Assembly (NCBI GenBank): GCA_016219275.1
Contig: JACRBM010000032.1
Location: 28,054 to 92,053 of the forward strand
Source of the DNA: Chloroflexota bacterium
GTDB taxonomy: Bacteria; Chloroflexota; Anaerolineae; UBA4142
Length of the DNA: 64,000 nucleotides
Direction of reading: 5' to 3'
Program-made: the position numbers and the translations under genes
Notes under the pieces: generated by a model
Databases searched by the model: none
What the model was told of the DNA's origin: nothing
What the model saw: the letters and a program-made list of their open reading frames with translations, nothing else
In this document: piece after piece, positions 15,707 through 24,547 of the stretch
Position numbering within the stretch: position 1 is the stretch's first letter
Layout of the letters: each line of letters begins with the position of its first letter

Positions 15707-18295
15707 TTACGCTCCCTTCACCGGGATCCGCTGTGCCCACTTGGAATCCGGCGGCAGTGTCCCATTCCATTTTTCAACTTGAACGATGCACGTGTTGTGA
15801 CCGCTGTGTCCTTGCCCGGTTGCAAAATCGCCGTTCAAGGTGTTGGTCGCGCCACCGCGATCGATTCCGGTTTCTTCGTCAATGTCGATCCACGCGCCTT
15901 CGCCAAGAGTTGTCACGCCGGGCATCATGCGCTCCGTCACATAGACCGGGCGAACGACTGCGCCGTGCCGGCTCGTGATCTTGACGATGTCGCCCTGCTT
16001 GATGCCGCGCGCTTGCGCGTCGAGCGGATTCATCATGAACTCTTGCGGGTACGCTTCGCGCAGCCACGGCAAGCTGTCGAAACTCGAATGGCTTCGGCGC
16101 ATGTAGTGAATCGTGTAAAGCTGCAACGGATATTTCGGATCCTTGACCGTTTCTTCGTACCCTTCGATCGGCGGATCGTATTTCGGCAGCGGGTCTTTTG
16201 TGTTGAAACCACAGTCCTTGATCCAGTCCGACACGGCTTTGGAGTAAATCTCCAATTTCCCGCTTTTGGTCGCGACCTTGTTTTTCACTGGGTCTTGGAT
16301 GTACGCTTCAAATGCAGTGTACCCCAGTTTATCGTCCATCGCGCGTTGAACGCAGTAGACGCCTTTTTCTCGATATTCTTTGATCGTAATGCGACCTTGC
16401 TGCGGCTTGCCGGTGACGCCCATCTCTTTGATGTCATCTTCGGTGATCGTCACCAAGTTCTCCATGCCCGAGCCGTCGGGCTTCATCACTTTCGCGCCGG
16501 CGAGCTGATTGAAGATGCCTTGCGCCGGCGTAAGCGGATAAACTTTGTCGGCGGCAAGCCCTAGTTTTTTGCCGAGTTCTTGCGCGATCCACATATCGTC
16601 TTTCGCTTCATACAGCGGCTGCACGACCTGGTTCGCCCAGATCAACATGTCGCGATTGCCGGATTGGAAACTGCCATAGCGTTCCCAATCGGTCGTCACC
16701 GGCAAAACGACATCGGCGTACTTGCAGTGCGACGCGAGGTTGTGTCCATTGGCAAGCACGAATTCAACTTTGCGATGCGCTTTGATGCCCTTGCTTGCGC
16801 CGGTGCGCTGATTCAACGCCGAGCCAAAACCGGTCTCGATGATCATTTGGATGTTGATGTCTTTGCGACCCGCCGTGCCCGCCGTGTACTTGCCGTTCAG
16901 AATCGCTTCCCACATTTCGCAGTTGTTGATGACGTTGACGCCGCCCTTGTTCGTCGCCCCTTTCACCAACGGATTCGCAACGGCGGGTGCGCCCGCGCTG
17001 CCCGCGGTGACCAAAGCCGGACCGGCGTTGCCCGCGCTCGTGTGCATGTTCGGTCCGACGCCGGAGCCGGGAATGCCGATGTTGCCGGTCATCCATGCAA
17101 CGGTGAGCATCGCATGCGGCAGACATTCGCCGTTGTTGATGCGTGCCGGTGCGCCCGCGGTTTGGATCATCGTGGGCTTGGTCGTCGCGATCTCGGTCGC
17201 CAACTGACGAATCTTGTCTGCTGGCACGCCACAAATTTCCGACGCCCATTCCGGCGTTTTGGGTGTGTTGTCGTACGTTCCCAGGACGTAATCCTTGAAA
17301 TTATTTTTCGGGTCTGCGCTCTCGGGCATGTGCTCGGCGTCGAAACCGACCGTGTACTTATCGAGGAAATTCTGATCGTGCAACTTGTTGACGATCATGT
17401 GATGCGCCATGCCGAGCAGCATCGCCGTGTCGGTGCCGGGTCGAATCGGAATCCATTCATCGGCGAGAACGCTCGCAGTGTTGTTGTAGAATGGATCAAC
17501 GAAAATAAATTTCGCGCCGGCTTTTTTCGCCTGCAAAAAGTGATACGTCGGACTGCCGTTACTGCTCCACGCCGGGTTCGATCCCCACATGACGATCAAT
17601 TTCGCTTTGCGCAATCTCATGCGGTCGTTGCCGGCATTTGAGCCATTGCCCGCCACGCCGGTGATTTCGTGGTATGCTTCCGCCCACGTGCCCCACGACA
17701 CGAGTCCCCACCGATCGACATAGCCGCCGGTGAGCGCGAGCGCGCGCGCAATTTCCGCGCCGTGCGCGTTGAAGATCGCTTCGTTGCCGTACTTTTCGCG
17801 GATGCGCTTGAGTTCGCTCGCGACGATGTCGAGCGCTTCGTCCCAGGTAATGCGAACCCATTCGTCTTTGCCGCGCAATTCTTTTTTGCCGCCGCCCGGC
17901 GCCCAGTTCTTGCGCTTCATCGGGTACTTGAGTCGGTCTGCGCCAAAAACCAATTGGCGTTGCGCGCGACCGCGCGCGCAGGCGCGCTGCTGAATCCAGT
18001 CGGTACTGTCGGCGTGCGTGTCGTCGGTTTTGACGCGCGTTACCACGCCATCCACCACCTGGGCTTTGAGCAAGCAACGCCCGCCGCAGTTGTGCCAGCA
18101 CGACGCGGTGACCCACTTGCTTTCTTTCGGCGCGGCTGCCTCAGGCGCAGCGGCTTCTGCGTTTTGCAAGCCAACATTCAGTCCGTTGCTTGCAAGCGCG
18201 GCTGTGCCACCCAGCACCGCACTCCATTTCAAAAAACTGCGACGCGAGATTGGCGTCTCGGTCAATGCCTGAGTGATGACATTTGGTTCACTCAT
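15707..18295 (-). CDS. dmsA: Tat-exported DmsA-like molybdopterin (bis-MGD) oxidoreductase catalytic subunit, copy 1
   Basis: Start ATG 18295 after GGAGGA. Tat motif SRRSFLKW. Cys cluster CWHNCGGRC (C-x3-C-x3-C). Long collinear similarity to E. coli DmsA (RLKYPMKR, IPIRPGTD, FLDKYTVGFD, KTPEWAS.ICGVPADKIR). A Ser sits at the Mo-ligand position. Confidence 0.9.
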   Translation of the reverse strand: MSEPNVITQALTETPISRRSFLKWSAVLGGTAALASNGLNVGLQNAEAAAPEAAAPKESKWVTASCWHNCGGRCLLKAQVVDGVVTRVKTDDTHADSTDWIQQRACARGRAQRQLVFGADRLKYPMKRKNWAPGGGKKELRGKDEWVRITWDEALDIVASELKRIREKYGNEAIFNAHGAEIARALALTGGYVDRWGLVSWGTWAEAYHEITGVAGNGSNAGNDRMRLRKAKLIVMWGSNPAWSSNGSPTYHFLQAKKAGAKFIFVDPFYNNTASVLADEWIPIRPGTDTAMLLGMAHHMIVNKLHDQNFLDKYTVGFDAEHMPESADPKNNFKDYVLGTYDNTPKTPEWASEICGVPADKIRQLATEIATTKPTMIQTAGAPARINNGECLPHAMLTVAWMTGNIGIPGSGVGPNMHTSAGNAGPALVTAGSAGAPAVANPLVKGATNKGGVNVINNCEMWEAILNGKYTAGTAGRKDINIQMIIETGFGSALNQRTGASKGIKAHRKVEFVLANGHNLASHCKYADVVLPVTTDWERYGSFQSGNRDMLIWANQVVQPLYEAKDDMWIAQELGKKLGLAADKVYPLTPAQGIFNQLAGAKVMKPDGSGMENLVTITEDDIKEMGVTGKPQQGRITIKEYREKGVYCVQRAMDDKLGYTAFEAYIQDPVKNKVATKSGKLEIYSKAVSDWIKDCGFNTKDPLPKYDPPIEGYEETVKDPKYPLQLYTIHYMRRSHSSFDSLPWLREAYPQEFMMNPLDAQARGIKQGDIVKITSRHGAVVRPVYVTERMMPGVTTLGEGAWIDIDEETGIDRGGATNTLNGDFATGQGHSGHNTCIVQVEKWNGTLPPDSKWAQRIPVKGA

Positions 18296-18312
18296 CTGTT
18301 TTTCCTCCGTTG

Positions 18313-18345
18313 AATGTACGGGCGGGGTCATCCCGCCCGTACATT
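18313..18345 (-). repeat. intercistronic GC stem-loop between dmsC-2 and dmsA-1
   Basis: AATGTACGGGCGGG / CCCGCCCGTACATT, 14-bp stem with a 5-nt loop. Its core is related to the hairpins at 14132 and 25551. Confidence 0.7.
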
Positions 18346-18348
18346 TCA

Positions 18349-19266
18349 TTATTGCAATCCGATTTTCATCGTCGTTGCGTAGAACAAGAATCGCCCAACG
18401 ATCTCGCCCACGAGCACGAGCGCGAACGCGGCGTAGGCGTCAATCGCCAACATTTTTTCGCGTCCGGCGTTTTGCGCTTCGCGATAAACAAAGATGCCGA
18501 GCACGCCTGCACCCAGGAATACGAGCACGAGCCGCAGTGCAAAGAGCACGCCGAATTCGTTCGCGAGAATTTCCGCGCTCGCGCTTGCCTCGCCCGCCGC
18601 CATCAGAGCAACCGATAACGGCTGAATCACAAATTGGAAACCCAGGAGTACGATGGATGCAACGGCAATCCAGCGCAACGAATCACGCAAGAGTACGCAC
18701 TGCTCACTCGCGCACCCAGGATTTTTGCTTTGCACGTACCAATAGTTCGCAACGAACGCCGCGCCCATTGCGAGCACGCCCAACAACAACGTCGTCACGT
18801 AAAACGACAACGGTGTGGTCACCAGATTCCACGCGGGACGCGTTGGCATCATGTAGACTTGCGCCATACTGTACACGAGCGCGACGCCGATGACCGCCGC
18901 GACCAGCGCGACGACGTTACGCACCGTGAATGTCGCGATCTTTTTCCATTGCATCACCGCAAACACCGCGCCCGCCACCGCGAACAACACGCCGAAGAAA
19001 ATCTCACGCGAGAGCCACGAGGTTCCCAGGTTCGTCACGGCTTTGTACGCGTTGATCGGATTGCCGAGGTGCAACAACGACGCCGCCATACCGAGCGCGA
19101 GCACGGGACCGATCGCGAGGAGCGCGCGGTCGGAAAGTTCATCCGCTTGTTTCTCGCCCGACTTGCGAACGACGAAATAGTGGACGATGCCGAGGACGAT
19201 GAACGATCCCACGGACATTTGGGCGAGGATCGTGAACGTAATCAATGCCCATTCACGCACATTCAT
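18349..19266 (-). CDS. dmsC: DMSO-reductase-family membrane anchor subunit, copy 2
   Basis: Same N-terminus as copy 1. The 5' ~320 nt is nearly identical at nucleotide level to the other dmsC copies. Confidence 0.85.
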   Translation of the reverse strand: MNVREWALITFTILAQMSVGSFIVLGIVHYFVVRKSGEKQADELSDRALLAIGPVLALGMAASLLHLGNPINAYKAVTNLGTSWLSREIFFGVLFAVAGAVFAVMQWKKIATFTVRNVVALVAAVIGVALVYSMAQVYMMPTRPAWNLVTTPLSFYVTTLLLGVLAMGAAFVANYWYVQSKNPGCASEQCVLLRDSLRWIAVASIVLLGFQFVIQPLSVALMAAGEASASAEILANEFGVLFALRLVLVFLGAGVLGIFVYREAQNAGREKMLAIDAYAAFALVLVGEIVGRFLFYATTMKIGLQ

Positions 19267-19267
19267 G

Positions 19268-19900
19268 TTAGACCTCCTGCTCTAGCGTTAGAATTTTGCC
19301 GGTACCCTTGCCGCTAAATTCGGTGTGCCGATGTGGCGTGAGAACGATGGCAGGATTCGTCAGATTCGACGGCGGCAACGGTTCGATGGCATTGACCATG
19401 CCATACTTGCCGCGCAATGCAGCCAGATCGCCGAACTCGATGGCGCGCATGACGCACGCGTCAACGCACACCGGGTTTTGTCCCTGCGCGAGCAAGTCCT
19501 CGCAGAAATTGCATTTGGTCATCACGCCTTTGGCTTCGTCGAACTGGGGTGCGCCGTACGGGCACGCCCATTCGCAATAGCGACAGCCCACGCATTGATC
19601 TTGATTGATCACGACGATGCCGTCCGCGCGTTTCGTCATCGCGCCGGTTGGGCACACGTTCACACACGCTGGGTTTTCGCAGTGATTGCACGACATCGAG
19701 AACGAGTAGACAAAGATGTTGTTCGGTGTGGCGAGATGTTTGATCGTCGGATGCGGTTGCCACGCGCCGCCGCCGTACTGCACGACGCGTCGCCACAACA
19801 TTCCAACCGGCAAATCGTTCTTGTCTTTGCAAGCGACCTGACATGCTTTGCAACCGGTGCAAATACTCGAGTTGATATAAAAGCCGAGATGCTTGCCCAT
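19268..19900 (-). CDS. dmsB: DMSO-reductase-family 4x[4Fe-4S] subunit, copy 2
   Basis: MGKHLGFYINSSICTGCKACQVACKD... with the full set of DmsB-type Cys groups. Confidence 0.9.
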   Translation of the reverse strand: MGKHLGFYINSSICTGCKACQVACKDKNDLPVGMLWRRVVQYGGGAWQPHPTIKHLATPNNIFVYSFSMSCNHCENPACVNVCPTGAMTKRADGIVVINQDQCVGCRYCEWACPYGAPQFDEAKGVMTKCNFCEDLLAQGQNPVCVDACVMRAIEFGDLAALRGKYGMVNAIEPLPPSNLTNPAIVLTPHRHTEFSGKGTGKILTLEQEV

Positions 19901-19903
19901 GAT

Positions 19904-22519
19904 TTATGCCTCCTTCTTGAAGATGATGCGCTGGGTCCATTTGGCATCGGGAGGCAATGGCTTGTCATACTTTTCAACCTGGACGATGATCGTATTGTAC
20001 GGTTGAGTGCCTTGCCCGGTCGGATTGTTTCCCATCAGCGTATTCGTGCAACCCGCTTTATCAACGCCAGTTGCTTCGTCAATCTCTGCCCATGCGCCTT
20101 CGCCCAGCGTGGTCACGCCAGGCATCATGCGGTCGGTCACAAACACCGGACGAATCACTGTGCCGTGCGGACTCGTCACTTTGACAATGTCGCCGTTCTT
20201 GATGCCGCGCTCCGCCGCGTCCAACGTGTTCATCATAAATTCTTGCGGGAACGCTTCGCGCAACCAGCCCACATTATCGAGCGTCGAGTGCGAGCGACGC
20301 ATGTAATGAATCGTGTACAGTTGCAGTGGATACTTGCCCTTGACCTGGTTCTTCCAATCGGAGAACGTCGCTTCAACGCCTTCGACCGGTGGATTGTACT
20401 TGGGCGTCGCCGGCAGTTTGTTCCAACCGTACGAACCAATGACGTTCGATAGCGCTTGACAGTGAATTTCGAGTTTGCCGCTCGCCGTCTTGAGCGGACT
20501 CTTTTCAGGATCTTTGCGGAACGCGGCTTTGGCGATGAAACCGAACTTGTCGCCGGGCGCGCGCGCAACCTGGTAGATGCCCTTGTCTTTATATTCCTTG
20601 AGCGAGATGCGACCAGTTTGTGTCTTGCCGGTCACACCCCATTCCGCGAGGTCGGCTTCGGTGATCGTGACGAGCGGTTCGTACCCCGACGCGTCCGCTT
20701 TGATGACGGATGAGCCGGCGACGGCGTTGAACACTTGTTGCTTCGCCGAAAGCGGATAGAGTTTCTGCGCGTCCAGTCCCAATCGTTTGGCGAGTTCGCT
20801 TTCGATCCACCCATCGTCTTTGGCTTCGTACATCGGCTCAACGACTTTGCTGTAGTAAATCAGCATTTCTTGATTGCCGGTCAGCAAGCCGCCTTCGCGT
20901 TCCCAGAGTGTTGTCACGGGCAGCACCACGTCCGAGTAGCGCGCGTTCGTCGTGAGAAAACTCGATGACGAAACGACGAACTCGACTTTGCGATGCGCTT
21001 CGATGCCGCGCTTGAGGAACGGAGTTTGATTCAACGCCGCGCCGTTGCCGAGATGCGAAATCATTTTGATATCGCAGTCCAGTTTGCCGCGCACGGTCGC
21101 CGTGTACTTGCCATTCACGATTGCGTCCCACACTTCATCCCAAACAAATCCATACCAATCGGTCTTGGCAGGGTCGGGACCTGGAAAGGTGGGTTGATTG
21201 AAAAGTGGATTCGGCGTGGCGGGAACACCGGCGCTGCCGCCGCGTACGAGCGCGGGACCGCCGAAACTGCAACGATTGTGCCGGCTGTCGCCGACCATCG
21301 CGCCGGGCAAGCCGACATTGCCAGTCATCCAGCCCACCGTCAAAAAGATTTGCGCGAATTGTTCGCCCAGGTACGTGCGCGCCGCCGCGCAGGAACTCAG
21401 GAACGTCATCGGCTTGATCGTCGCGATTTCTTGCGCGAACGCGCGGATCAATTTTGGATCCGTGCCGCAAATTTGCGACGCCCATTCGGGAGTCTTGGGT
21501 GTGCCGTCGTACGTGCCAAGCACATAATCCTTGAAACTTTCTTTCGGGTCAGCGCCCTTGGGCATGTGGTCCGCATCGAACCCAACGGTGTACTTGTCCA
21601 AGAACGTTTGGTCCTGGAGATTGTTCGTGATCATGTGGTACGCCATGCCGAGAAGCAACGCGCCATCGGTCGAGGGTCGCACCGGAATCCACTCGTCGCC
21701 CAACATCATCGCCGAGTCGTTATAGTACGGATCAACAAAAATAAAGCGCGCGCCGGCTTTTTTCGCTTGGAGATAATTGTAGGTTGGATTACCGGCGCTA
21801 CTCCAAATCGGATTCGCGCCCCACAACACGATCAATTTCGAATTGCGATAGTCGAGCCGATCATTGTTGCTGTCCGCCGTGCCGCCGGTGCCGCCCTGCA
21901 TTTTCATGTTCGGCTGGGGCCATGCGCCGTCCGAGGTTGTACCCCAGATCGTCATGTTGCCGCCGTACGCGGAAAGAAACGCCATGTTGTTTTTCGAGAG
22001 AATCGCCTTGTTGCCGTAGGTTTCTTTGACGCGTTTGATCTCGCCGGCAACAATGTCGAGCGCTTCGTCCCAGGAAATGCGAACCCATTCGTCTTTGCCG
22101 CGCAATTCTTTTTTGCCGCCGCCCGGCGCCCAGTTCTTGCGCTTCATCGGATATTTCAACCGATCCGCGCCAAAAATTTGCATGCGCTGCGCGCGACCGC
22201 GCACGCAGCCGCGTTGTTGCGGAAAGTCCGGGCTATCGGGGTGCAGGTCGTCGGTCTTGACACGCGTGACCACGCCATCCACCACGTTCGCGCGAATCAA
22301 ACAACGACCGCCGCAGTTATGCCAGCACGCGGCGGTGACCCATTTACTTTCTTTCGGCGCTGTCTCAGGCGCGGCAGAAACCGCTTCTTGCAATCCGATG
22401 TTCAATCCGCCGCTAGCCAGCGCCGCGGTGCCGCCCAATGCCGCGCTCCATTTCAAGAATGTGCGCCGGGTCAGCAACGTGTCTTGCAACACTTGAGTGA
22501 TCAAATTTTTTTCACTCAT
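19904..22519 (-). CDS. dmsA: Tat-exported DmsA-like catalytic subunit, copy 2
   Basis: RBS GGGAGGA. Tat motif TRRTFLKW. CWHNCGGRC cluster. DmsA-like throughout, but clearly diverged from copy 1. Confidence 0.9.
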   Translation of the reverse strand: MSEKNLITQVLQDTLLTRRTFLKWSAALGGTAALASGGLNIGLQEAVSAAPETAPKESKWVTAACWHNCGGRCLIRANVVDGVVTRVKTDDLHPDSPDFPQQRGCVRGRAQRMQIFGADRLKYPMKRKNWAPGGGKKELRGKDEWVRISWDEALDIVAGEIKRVKETYGNKAILSKNNMAFLSAYGGNMTIWGTTSDGAWPQPNMKMQGGTGGTADSNNDRLDYRNSKLIVLWGANPIWSSAGNPTYNYLQAKKAGARFIFVDPYYNDSAMMLGDEWIPVRPSTDGALLLGMAYHMITNNLQDQTFLDKYTVGFDADHMPKGADPKESFKDYVLGTYDGTPKTPEWASQICGTDPKLIRAFAQEIATIKPMTFLSSCAAARTYLGEQFAQIFLTVGWMTGNVGLPGAMVGDSRHNRCSFGGPALVRGGSAGVPATPNPLFNQPTFPGPDPAKTDWYGFVWDEVWDAIVNGKYTATVRGKLDCDIKMISHLGNGAALNQTPFLKRGIEAHRKVEFVVSSSSFLTTNARYSDVVLPVTTLWEREGGLLTGNQEMLIYYSKVVEPMYEAKDDGWIESELAKRLGLDAQKLYPLSAKQQVFNAVAGSSVIKADASGYEPLVTITEADLAEWGVTGKTQTGRISLKEYKDKGIYQVARAPGDKFGFIAKAAFRKDPEKSPLKTASGKLEIHCQALSNVIGSYGWNKLPATPKYNPPVEGVEATFSDWKNQVKGKYPLQLYTIHYMRRSHSTLDNVGWLREAFPQEFMMNTLDAAERGIKNGDIVKVTSPHGTVIRPVFVTDRMMPGVTTLGEGAWAEIDEATGVDKAGCTNTLMGNNPTGQGTQPYNTIIVQVEKYDKPLPPDAKWTQRIIFKKEA

Positions 22520-22544
22520 CCGATTTTCCTCCCTGTTGTTTCAA

Positions 22545-22590
22545 TCGCAACAAAAACCCTGTCACGGCGCGAGACGCGCCGTTGACAGGG
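22545..22590 (-). terminator. intrinsic-terminator-like hairpin inside the dmsA-2 leader (attenuator candidate)
   Basis: Minus strand: CCCTGTCAACGGCGCG-TCTC-CGCGCCGTGACAGGG followed by TTTTTGTT, about 25 nt before the dmsA-2 RBS. It has the same architecture as 34053-34098, with compensatory stem changes. Confidence 0.6.
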
Positions 22591-22634
22591 TTATGATCTT
22601 CATCAATCATCTCTTCATCCTGAAACCGACACGT

Positions 22635-22688
22635 TCAGGATACGGCAAAGTCAGTTTGAGCGCATCTCTCTTTGGAGTAATTTGGCAT
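22635..22688 (-). CDS. candidate 17-codon leader peptide (uORF) MPNYSKERCAQTDFAVS
   Basis: The ATG overlaps the TGA of the upstream gene (TGATG). The stop TGA lies in the 5' arm of a hairpin. A same-length counterpart, MPDYSKERCARHHFSVF, lies at 34141-34194. Confidence 0.35.
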   Translation of the reverse strand: MPNYSKERCAQTDFAVS

Positions 22689-22704
22689 CACCCGGTTGGG
22701 TGAT
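22687..22704. repeat. copy 2 of palindrome ATCACCC-GGTT-GGGTGAT
   Basis: Identical to copy 3. It encodes the last residues (NHPTG stop) of ORF 22688..24538 and contains the uORF ATG. Confidence 0.75.
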
Positions 22705-24538
22705 TTTGGCGGTTTGCGCGCGACCACATCGCCCAAATCAAGAGCGGCGCGCCTAGAATTGCCAGAGTGATGAATCCGTACGTCGTGAACGTGACGAGTT
22801 GCGCCACACTGATGCCGAACAGCACTACCCCGTCGCGCACTTGGGTGCTGAGAGTTGGCTCGGTCACAAATTCGGAAGGATCGCTGAACGTTCCGGTAAG
22901 TGCGCGGATAGCGAGGGGCTCGATCGCAACTGCACGCAGATTTTCAAAATGCGAATCAATCACCAGCATGTGCCCGGCATTCACGGTTGTTTGGCGCGAT
23001 GAATCGAGCGCCACGTTCGCGTTGCCTTCCATCACGTACAACCACGCGCGCTCGGCTTGTCGTTCGATGGCAACGCGCGCATTCTCGAACGTGATGGTCG
23101 CGCCAGCGGTTTCGATGGAAAACGCGCCGGTGCCCTTGCCCCACATCCAACCGTGCGTCAAAACCAGATGACCGCCGACCGATTCGGTGAGTGTTTCCGG
23201 TGGCAACATCGTCAAGCCGTTGCCCCACGCGATTTGGCGCAATTCGTTACGCGGCGCAAGCGTGATGGACACTGCCGCATCATTTTTGATCGCGATGCTC
23301 TGGCTCCAAAATCCCGGCGCAATCACGCGCAGCGTTTGCGCGTTTGCCGGAACATCGTACAACACAAACTCGCCGGTCGCAGGATTGGTTCGCGTGCCGC
23401 CGGATGCTCCATCTAACGCGACCCAGCCGAACGGTACTGGCTCGCCGTTGCTAGCGCGAATCGTTCCGTGCACCACGCGCGGCGAGGCAACATTCGCAGT
23501 TAACGCGACCGTGGCTTGCGCCGATGACGCGATGGATAAATCAATCTGGGACGCATTGGCTTGGAGCGAGCGCGGCGCGAGTTCGGCCGGGTCGAGCGCG
23601 ACGAGATAGCGCGCAACCGGCAATTCGGAAAATGCAAATGCACCCTCGCGCGCTTGCGCGACAAAACTCGCGCCGGTTTGCCCGTCAATCGCGCGAACCG
23701 TCAATACCGAATCTCCGACGCCGCGAATCGTTCCGGTGATTTGACCGCGCCGCGCGCGCACCGGCAAGGTCAACATTTCGCCGAACGCTTGTCCGGGTTT
23801 CAAAGTCGTTTGTTTCGATTCGACGCTTTCGTACAATACGCCATTGACCACGACCGGCGGTACGGTAAAAATGTAACGCGTCGAAGATTGCGCGAGCGCT
23901 TCAACTTGGACGCGCGCGTGACCAGTCGTATCGGTCGTTGCCGTACTCGTTCGGGCGCGCCACAGGTACATTCGCGCGGAACCCAGGACTGGGATATTCG
24001 GAATCGTCTGCTCAGGATGATCCGCGTCGACGACCTTGACTGGAATGATCGCGCTGCCCGAATGATCCACGATGATGGTCCGCTCGGCGACGGCTTGGTT
24101 GCCCGCGGGGTCGGTCGCGGTGACGCGCACAAGCACTTTGCCGCGCGGCAAGGCAATCGGCGACGTGAAATGACACTCGATGCATCCAGTGTGCGGATCA
24201 GGAAAATCAGCGCCAGCCGGATTCGCGGTCACAGAGAAAGAGAAGGAGCCATCGGGGTTCGCGCGCGATTTAAGATTCGCGGTCAGTTCCGTTCCGCGCA
24301 ACAAATCCAATTGGAGTTTGATCAGACTAGGTTCGGGATTGCTCGTGACGATCCAACCGTTGATGTAAATGCTGTACAAAAACGCACTGGGCGAAACGTA
24401 AACTGTTTCGCCCTGAGCAGGAGTCGCGATCACAACCGCGAGACGGCTAGATTGCGCGTGGGCTGATCGAGTCCCCAAAAAGAAAAGCGCGGCGACCAGC
24501 GCCATTCGCAGAATCCAAAAATTTTTCGAAGAGAGCAT
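22688..24538 (-). CDS. paralog of 11418..13274: secreted, C-terminally anchored CarboxypepD_reg-like protein with one CxxCH
   Basis: Signal peptide (ALVAALFFLGTRSAHA). CIECH motif at the position equivalent to CDACH. Collinear with its paralog (…WIVTSNPEPSLIKLQLDLL… vs …WVVTSNPEPSLVRVRLDVL…). C-terminal TM helix. Confidence 0.7.
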   Translation of the reverse strand: MLSSKNFWILRMALVAALFFLGTRSAHAQSSRLAVVIATPAQGETVYVSPSAFLYSIYINGWIVTSNPEPSLIKLQLDLLRGTELTANLKSRANPDGSFSFSVTANPAGADFPDPHTGCIECHFTSPIALPRGKVLVRVTATDPAGNQAVAERTIIVDHSGSAIIPVKVVDADHPEQTIPNIPVLGSARMYLWRARTSTATTDTTGHARVQVEALAQSSTRYIFTVPPVVVNGVLYESVESKQTTLKPGQAFGEMLTLPVRARRGQITGTIRGVGDSVLTVRAIDGQTGASFVAQAREGAFAFSELPVARYLVALDPAELAPRSLQANASQIDLSIASSAQATVALTANVASPRVVHGTIRASNGEPVPFGWVALDGASGGTRTNPATGEFVLYDVPANAQTLRVIAPGFWSQSIAIKNDAAVSITLAPRNELRQIAWGNGLTMLPPETLTESVGGHLVLTHGWMWGKGTGAFSIETAGATITFENARVAIERQAERAWLYVMEGNANVALDSSRQTTVNAGHMLVIDSHFENLRAVAIEPLAIRALTGTFSDPSEFVTEPTLSTQVRDGVVLFGISVAQLVTFTTYGFITLAILGAPLLIWAMWSRANRQNHPTG

Positions 24539-24547
24539 CCGGTCAAC

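Noticed and set aside
17575-17584. GGTTCGATCC, a tRNA T-loop-like sequence
   Set aside because: It lies inside the dmsA-1 coding sequence. No acceptor, D or anticodon stems can be drawn around it.
17730-17993. Four plus-strand ORFs sharing …MRTHSSLPRNSFLPPPGAQFLRFIGY… (also 22026..22496, 29310..29576, 33519..34106), which at first looked like a conserved small gene
   Set aside because: The conservation is fully explained by the near-identical ~100-nt block inside the four dmsA genes on the opposite strand. The same applies to the antisense ORFs over dmsC that share …RHTEREHGTDREERAVG….
20993-22585. 530-aa plus-strand ORF, plus similar ones at 15692..16564, 16580..17641, 19325..20452, 26480..27652, 28526..29689, 30743..31984, 32021..33346
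   Set aside because: All are antisense to DmsA/DmsB genes that have strong motif support. All have Arg-rich, low-information sequences.
22520-22634. dmsA-2 and dmsA-4 leaders (also 34031..34140) as additional Moco riboswitches
   Set aside because: They lack the CGAGCC / GCCUCC / GGAAAGG blocks seen at 7937-8060. Their architecture (uORF, hairpin, terminator) is different.
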